Assembly: GCF_036323395.1 (NCBI RefSeq)
Contig: NZ_AP028907.1
Span: 780,001-812,000, forward strand
Reading direction: 5' to 3'
Origin: Pyrodictium abyssi
Lineage (GTDB): Archaea; Thermoproteota; Thermoprotei_A; Sulfolobales; Pyrodictiaceae
Length of the DNA: 32,000 bases
Shown here piece after piece: positions 27,566 to 32,000 of the stretch. The stretch's first letter is position 1, and every line of letters begins with the position of its first letter. A program made the translations under genes and the position numbers. Under the pieces are notes generated by a model. That model saw only the letters and a list, made by a program, of their open reading frames with translations, was not told the origin of the DNA and searched no databases.

Positions 27566-29452
27566 TTGGGCGGACCGGCCACTAGCTTATTTACTCGTCT
27601 ACTACTATTAGCCGTACTATCATCCCTAACTGTGGTGCTGATTGTCTGGGGCAATCAAGCAGATTACTTAGTAGCAACGACCGCTGTAGCGGCAATCATG
27701 GCCTTAGTATCCAAGTCGCTGGTAATTGCCGCGATAGCTGTTATCTATAATATTCTGCTAGGACTTTATTCTGCCCTGCTACCGCTCCCAGCATTTCTAC
27801 ACAACATGTCATCGGTCACAGTAGTGTACCCTAAGCTAAGCTACACCGTCCTAGCTATACTAGTGGCAATACTAGTCTCCGGCACTATACTTGTTGCTAG
27901 AATGTTCTCGCTCCTACGCTCCAGACCCTTCGTCGACACATTTCTGAGAAACCTTATGTACACACTAGCAAGGGACACGATAAGGTACAGTCTATGCTCT
28001 ACAAGAAGGCGTGCAGCTCTATCACTGTTACTCTCGTCTGTCATAGTTTACTATATTCTGCTATACACTTATCCGCCTCGCTACATCAACGATATGCTGT
28101 ACTACCTGCTACTCTCTGCATCCCTATTGCTTACAATACCCGCTATGATAGTGTCATCGTTTGATAAATCTGCTGCAGCTGCTCTCGTACCAGTACTCGC
28201 AGCTGCAGTAGTGCTACCTCAGCCATTGCTGCTAGCAGCGTTAGTATCAGTAATTCCAGCCGAGACGCTACACTCAACATTAAGAATTGCACTACGCGAC
28301 GGCTACAGGATAGGTAGCCTCGACGCAATCCTAGTATACATGCCGACTATTAGGTACAATATAGCCGGATCAGTAACTATTAGTGCTACACGTACCTGGT
28401 GGTCACCAGCTTACCCCCCGGTAGAGTACAGGGTCAAGACCAGTATAGATGAGAACCCGCACATACTCGTAACCGGGACCACCGGCTCCGGGAAATCATT
28501 TACAGCAATGAAGCTCGCCGCCTCAATCCTGGAGGAGAAGCAGAAGCGTAACGGACCAATACTAGTCGTTATAGATCCTCACGGCGAGTATGCGGATATG
28601 TTCCGCGGAAAACCAGGCATAAAGATAGTAGACGCATCCGAGGAGGCACCAAACCCTCTAGAGCTTGTAGGGCAAAGCCCTCGCGAAAGAACTCTAGAGC
28701 TCGTAGAGCTGGTGTCGGAATTCTACAGGCTAGGCCCTATTCAGTCACGAATACTAGAAGAGGCCATCTTGCTATCATACGAGAATGCTGGTATAAGAGA
28801 CGACGACCCCTTATCGTGGAGTAACCCGCCACCAACAATTAGAGACGTTGTCAGGATCCTTGAAGACATGTCCAAGCGAGACCCGCGTGCCAGTGTATTA
28901 GCTATGTATATCTCGTCTCTTGCATCTAAGGCTTTCAGCAAGAGCCGGCACGTGTCATTTCCCGTACCAGGAGCCGGCACACATGCAGTAATCTTCGACC
29001 TTTCAAGACTATCCACAAGAGAACAAATGGTTCTATACACAGAAACCATACTGTATAAGTTATACTACCTTGTTAAGAAACTGGGCCCTTCTAGTGATCT
29101 GCGTTATATACTTCTAATAGACGAGGCACATTTATTCGCCCGTAAGACCTCAAGGAGGCGTCAAATCATATCCCTTATAGCGGCCGAGCTGCGGAAGTAC
29201 GGCGTCATGCTGATAGTTGTTACACAGAAGGCCAGCGAACTCGACAAGACTATAATAGCAAATATCGGCACATTTATATGCTTAAAACACACTGACTCCA
29301 ACGAGTCAAAGTTCATGGCAGAGACTGTATCACGCAACCCTGTGGACGATTCCAGGGACGCACTCGCATACACCATTGCAACACTACCTAAAGGATACAT
29401 AGTCGTAGGGGACGTAGGGCTAGACACACCCCTCCTAGTCAGGCTTGGATAG
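27566..29452 (+). CDS. Membrane-anchored HerA-like (DUF87/COG0433-type) ATPase with a 6-7 TM N-terminal domain
   Basis: Residues 1-230 are hydrophobic helices. Walker A LVTGTTGSGKSF, VVIDPHGEYADMF (DPxGEY), Walker B LLIDEAHLFA and VVTQKASELD are typical of HerA/DUF87. Start uncertain (TTG at 27566). Confidence 0.8.
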   Translation: MGGPATSLFTRLLLLAVLSSLTVVLIVWGNQADYLVATTAVAAIMALVSKSLVIAAIAVIYNILLGLYSALLPLPAFLHNMSSVTVVYPKLSYTVLAILVAILVSGTILVARMFSLLRSRPFVDTFLRNLMYTLARDTIRYSLCSTRRRAALSLLLSSVIVYYILLYTYPPRYINDMLYYLLLSASLLLTIPAMIVSSFDKSAAAALVPVLAAAVVLPQPLLLAALVSVIPAETLHSTLRIALRDGYRIGSLDAILVYMPTIRYNIAGSVTISATRTWWSPAYPPVEYRVKTSIDENPHILVTGTTGSGKSFTAMKLAASILEEKQKRNGPILVVIDPHGEYADMFRGKPGIKIVDASEEAPNPLELVGQSPRERTLELVELVSEFYRLGPIQSRILEEAILLSYENAGIRDDDPLSWSNPPPTIRDVVRILEDMSKRDPRASVLAMYISSLASKAFSKSRHVSFPVPGAGTHAVIFDLSRLSTREQMVLYTETILYKLYYLVKKLGPSSDLRYILLIDEAHLFARKTSRRRQIISLIAAELRKYGVMLIVVTQKASELDKTIIANIGTFICLKHTDSNESKFMAETVSRNPVDDSRDALAYTIATLPKGYIVVGDVGLDTPLLVRLG

Positions 29453-29556
29453 GGTGGCCACCACCTACACAATAAGGAGGCGTGAAGAGTATAACTAGGG
29501 TAAGGATTTTTGCTGAAACGAAAACAGGGGGAGAAACTGCTAGGGTGGAGCGCGGC

Positions 29557-29790
29557 ATGTCGGAGGAGGAAGCCATTATCGAAGAGGAGGTCACGCCAGT
29601 AGCGGCAGAGGAGGGAGACGAAACAGAGGAAGTCATAGACCTTAACGCCGCCCTGCTAGAGGCTATGGTGAAACGTACAGAGATACTAGAAAGGTTCGCA
29701 AAAGGCGAGGTAAACGAGGTAGAGGCCGGTAATCTCCTCGAAACTGTGAAGGTACCTTCACTAGAAAGAAGGCGTAGGAGGAAACGCTAG
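29557..29790 (+). CDS. rpo13: Rpo13-like protein (crenarchaeal RNA polymerase subunit 13 candidate), 77 aa
   Basis: Acidic N-terminus (MSEEEAIIEEEVTPVAAEEGDETEE), a central helix-turn-helix-like core (LNAALLEAMVKRTEILERFAKGEVNEVEAGNLLE) and a poly-basic tail RRRRRKR. This is the architecture I recall for Sulfolobus Rpo13. ATG at 29557 with a ggtgg SD; the track start at 29482 is GTG. Confidence 0.45.
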   Translation: MSEEEAIIEEEVTPVAAEEGDETEEVIDLNAALLEAMVKRTEILERFAKGEVNEVEAGNLLETVKVPSLERRRRRKR

Positions 29791-29795
29791 GCTTG

Positions 29796-30176
29796 CTAAA
29801 ATGCCTTCTTTATTTCAACATCATATCCTAGCTCTCTAAGGGCCTCGGCTATCGTCTCAACGCTGACTCTCCTATCGAAGATTATTACAACGCGCTTTTC
29901 ATCATCCTTCTTGTATAGCTTAACCTTATCGATTACAGCATTACCCTTTATGTAGTCGTCTGGCCTATGCGGCGGCGCTATATAATCTTTAAACTTCTTA
30001 CGCATATAGTCGTAGAATTCGTCAAAGTTCCGTATGTACCTCATAGTCTCTTGCATATCTGCTGTTAGCCTACCCATGATTTCTGCTATCTTCTCGAGAA
30101 GCCTTAGAGCCTCGTCCGAAGACACATCGACAGACTTGTACTTAGCCATATCCACCTCTACAATTATCCGGGGCAT
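29796..30176 (-). CDS. Hypothetical protein, 126 aa
   Basis: ATG at 30176 (MPRIIVEVDMAKYK...) is preceded by a ggaggg SD. Balanced alpha/beta-like composition. No family recognised. Confidence 0.5.
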   Translation of the reverse strand: MPRIIVEVDMAKYKSVDVSSDEALRLLEKIAEIMGRLTADMQETMRYIRNFDEFYDYMRKKFKDYIAPPHRPDDYIKGNAVIDKVKLYKKDDEKRVVIIFDRRVSVETIAEALRELGYDVEIKKAF

Positions 30177-30467
30177 GGCGTAACCCTCCAAGGCATCCCT
30201 CTGTATATGCACCATGCATACAAACACTTTACAGTAACGCCACCACATAGGACGGGCGGCTTCATCCCTCGTGCCAGCCTACAAAACGGGGCCCTTCACC
30301 TGTATACATGTGCCCCGCCGCGATTACTGAACACTCATCGGTCAGCCGTTATACCGGGCAGCATGTCTCTAGGTTCATAAACTCTAACCGCTATAGCGAG
30401 GGGCGGCACCATTCATGGTTTTATAGCTAAAAACTCCGGCTCACTACCAGGGAGTAGGGTAGATACC

Positions 30468-30716
30468 ATGAGTATATTTTGGGAACGCTGTAGTATATGC
30501 GGTAGGCATTATCCACTCCGCCAGTGCTGGATACATAGCGAGCGCAATGTATGCGTGTACTGCTGTATAGCATGCACTGAGCGAAACATATGCCCTAAAC
30601 CAGTGTGGCTCCCTGAGTCACGTAAGCTACACGTTACCCGTGGCAAGCCTGCCGAAGGGGCTAGAGAGGCTAGAAAAGCTCTTGAAGAACTACTAAAAAG
30701 GCTTGAATCATCATAA
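30468..30716 (+). CDS. Small Cys-rich (9 Cys) putative metal-binding protein, 82 aa
   Basis: CSICGRHYPLRQCWIHSERNVCVYCCIACTERNICP followed by a charged helical tail. A ttttatagc TATA-like box lies about 40 nt upstream. Confidence 0.5.
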   Translation: MSIFWERCSICGRHYPLRQCWIHSERNVCVYCCIACTERNICPKPVWLPESRKLHVTRGKPAEGAREARKALEELLKRLESS

Positions 30717-30745
30717 GCCGGTGTCTGCTAGAGTACAAGCTCTCC

Positions 30746-31507
30746 TTATATACGTGGAGATACCCAATATACTAGTACACCGCCACTAGGCAGGTCAAAG
30801 CTTATCCTCATTGGCAGTGCCTCGCCATACTGAATGGTAACAGTATCTGCCGCACTTGTAGCCTTTACACTGGCCTTTAGAAGGTCAATAGAGTACTTGG
30901 CTCTTACCGGAGTGTTCCCCTCAACCTCGAGGCTAATCAGGGGCTCGCCCGCGCGGAGTATACCTACATACTGCTTCTGAGCGGATTCGGCGTACACCTC
31001 CATCCGGTCCTCGTAGCTGCTAAATTCCACCTCATCGCTAACTACCTTGGCGTCATTTATAATATTCTTAAAGTCGTCTGCCATCATCCTTGCCGTGACT
31101 GTGAGTTCTACCTGTGGCTCGCTAAGTTCTTCCACAACACCCTCTCTTAGAGGGACATAGAAGCTGCGTACAATGCTCGTCTTCTTATCAATAAAGTTCA
31201 CTTCGAGGCGTCTCCGTTCTTCATCGAGCTTAAGTTCCACTAAGTCGTTGCGGGTACCCCTCTTAGCTATACGATTGAGTTCATCCGAGGGCACAATAAA
31301 CGTCTTCTTTTCCTCGCTGAGCTCATATTCTTCAAAAGTTGTCATAGGGAGTCTCAGTATTATCATTGTGGTCTTGTCTGGGGTCAGAGTTCTAATATCT
31401 ACTCCTTCCTGTGTGGCTATAAACGGTATTTCATCCATAACCTTAGCTATCGTCTGAATTATGTACTTAAACTTAGTCGCAGCAGGGTATACCGCCCGAA
31501 ACGTCAT
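30746..31507 (-). CDS. pcn: DNA polymerase sliding clamp PCNA
   Basis: 253 aa with the two-domain PCNA pattern (MTFRAVYPAATKFKYIIQTIAKVMDEIPFIATQEGVDIRTLTPDKTTMIILRLP...). Confidence 0.92.
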   Translation of the reverse strand: MTFRAVYPAATKFKYIIQTIAKVMDEIPFIATQEGVDIRTLTPDKTTMIILRLPMTTFEEYELSEEKKTFIVPSDELNRIAKRGTRNDLVELKLDEERRRLEVNFIDKKTSIVRSFYVPLREGVVEELSEPQVELTVTARMMADDFKNIINDAKVVSDEVEFSSYEDRMEVYAESAQKQYVGILRAGEPLISLEVEGNTPVRAKYSIDLLKASVKATSAADTVTIQYGEALPMRISFDLPSGGVLVYWVSPRI

Positions 31508-31582
31508 AGTATCCCCACTGGGAGAAAACTGGAAGAGAGGCAGCTTTGACTATTTCCTAGTGCTGGGAGCAGTCTAGCCCCT

Positions 31583-31652
31583 GCGCAATGATGCAGCTCT
31601 ACCCGCCTCGAGCCCACAGAGGGCTATGAGGACCTTACCACCGGCTGAGCCA
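31583..31652 (+). ncRNA. Weak box C/D-like candidate
   Basis: aAUGAUGc - 12 nt - CUCG(?) ... AUGAGGA - 12 nt (ccuuaccaccgg) - CUGA. Box spacing is right, but C and D' are degenerate and no clear terminal stem exists. Confidence 0.2.
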
Positions 31653-31666
31653 TGAAGCTATCTACC

Positions 31667-32000
31667 CTACACCACGTTTAGGCCATGCCTACCCGCTATC
31701 TCTTTGAATCTCCTCGCGTCATCACCCATATACACGTTGTTGAACATTACATAGACTTCCCTTATGCTATCGTATTGTTCGATTATACTCCTTACCAGGT
31801 TCGCCAACTTAGCCAAATCATCGTCGCTATACCTATACCTGTAGTTTACTTCTCTCCCACCTATACCGTGAAGGCGTAGATAGAGTATCCTCTGCCAACT
31901 ACATATGACTGGGTTTCTTCTGAAAGGGTCTACAATGTGTATTACTCTGGGGATGATACATACTATGTCTTCTACTACATCCTGGTGATCTGACCAATTA
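31667..32000 (-). CDS. DUF72 (UPF0759) family protein, C-terminal part (gene starts beyond the right window edge)
   Basis: Manual translation: ...ILYLRLHGIGGREVNYRYRYSDDDLAKLANLVRSIIEQYDSIREVYVMFNNVYMGDDARRFKEIAGRHGLNVV*. This matches the DUF72 LRxHG / Y-Y-YS / VYVxFNN signature. Confidence 0.8.
   Translation of the reverse strand, partial: NWSDHQDVVEDIVCIIPRVIHIVDPFRRNPVICSWQRILYLRLHGIGGREVNYRYRYSDDDLAKLANLVRSIIEQYDSIREVYVMFNNVYMGDDARRFKEIAGRHGLNVV

Noticed and set aside
13941-29452. Integrated mobile element, provirus or conjugative plasmid as an explanation for the low-GC blocks
   Set aside because: I recognised no integrase, transposase, rep or capsid gene. There is no tRNA attachment site, and no flanking direct or inverted repeats were found by eye. 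Horizontal origin remains possible, but a discrete mobile element cannot be supported.
31685-31879. Plus-strand 64-aa ORF at the right edge
   Set aside because: It is antisense to a clear DUF72-family reading frame on the minus strand.
1-32000. CRISPR arrays, rRNA genes, large tandem repeats
   Set aside because: No regularly spaced direct repeats and no rRNA-like segments were seen on reading through the window.

Overview
Archaeal chromosomal window, crenarchaeal (Thermoprotei) in type. The evidence is L19e/L32e/S4e genes, an RNase P protein gene inside the ribosomal operon, an Rpo13-like gene and PCNA. Species cannot be named from sequence alone.

Layout:
- 1-12960 (minus strand): the large ribosomal-protein super-operon, read right to left as SPOUT-like gene, L3, L4, L23, a 485-nt non-coding gap, L22, S3, L29, Rpp29, S17, L14, L24, S4e, L5, S14, S8, L6, L32e, L19e, L18, S5, L30, L15, then the start of SecY.
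- L2 and S19 are missing from their canonical slot between L23 and L22. They lie about 9 kb upstream at 19909-21141.
- There they form the 3' end of a very AT-rich four-gene membrane/ATPase operon (21134-24476). Its parts are a two-helix pilin-like protein, a polytopic membrane protein, a 53-aa two-TM peptide that the ORF track missed, and a VirB4-like ATPase. This matches the component list of the crenarchaeal Ced / type-IV-secretion-like DNA transfer machinery. The ATPase stop overlaps the rpl2 start by 8 nt.
- Next to it are an Lhr-type DEVH helicase and, divergently transcribed, a HerA-like ATPase with a 6-7 TM N-terminal domain.
- Between S19 and the L3 unit are a MoxR AAA+/VWA pair, a SAM methyltransferase, a CxxCxxCC (YkgJ-type) protein and small hypothetical genes.
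- The right end holds an Rpo13-like gene, a hypothetical gene, a Cys-rich small protein, PCNA and a partial DUF72 gene.

Candidate RNA features are one well-formed C/D box sRNA (14390-14458, minus) and a GC-rich structured non-coding block in the vacated L2/S19 slot (10273-10757). I found no tRNA, rRNA, CRISPR array, integrase or transposase.

All protein calls rest on motifs and family resemblance read by eye. No database search was run. GC values are hand counts on sample 60-nt lines.
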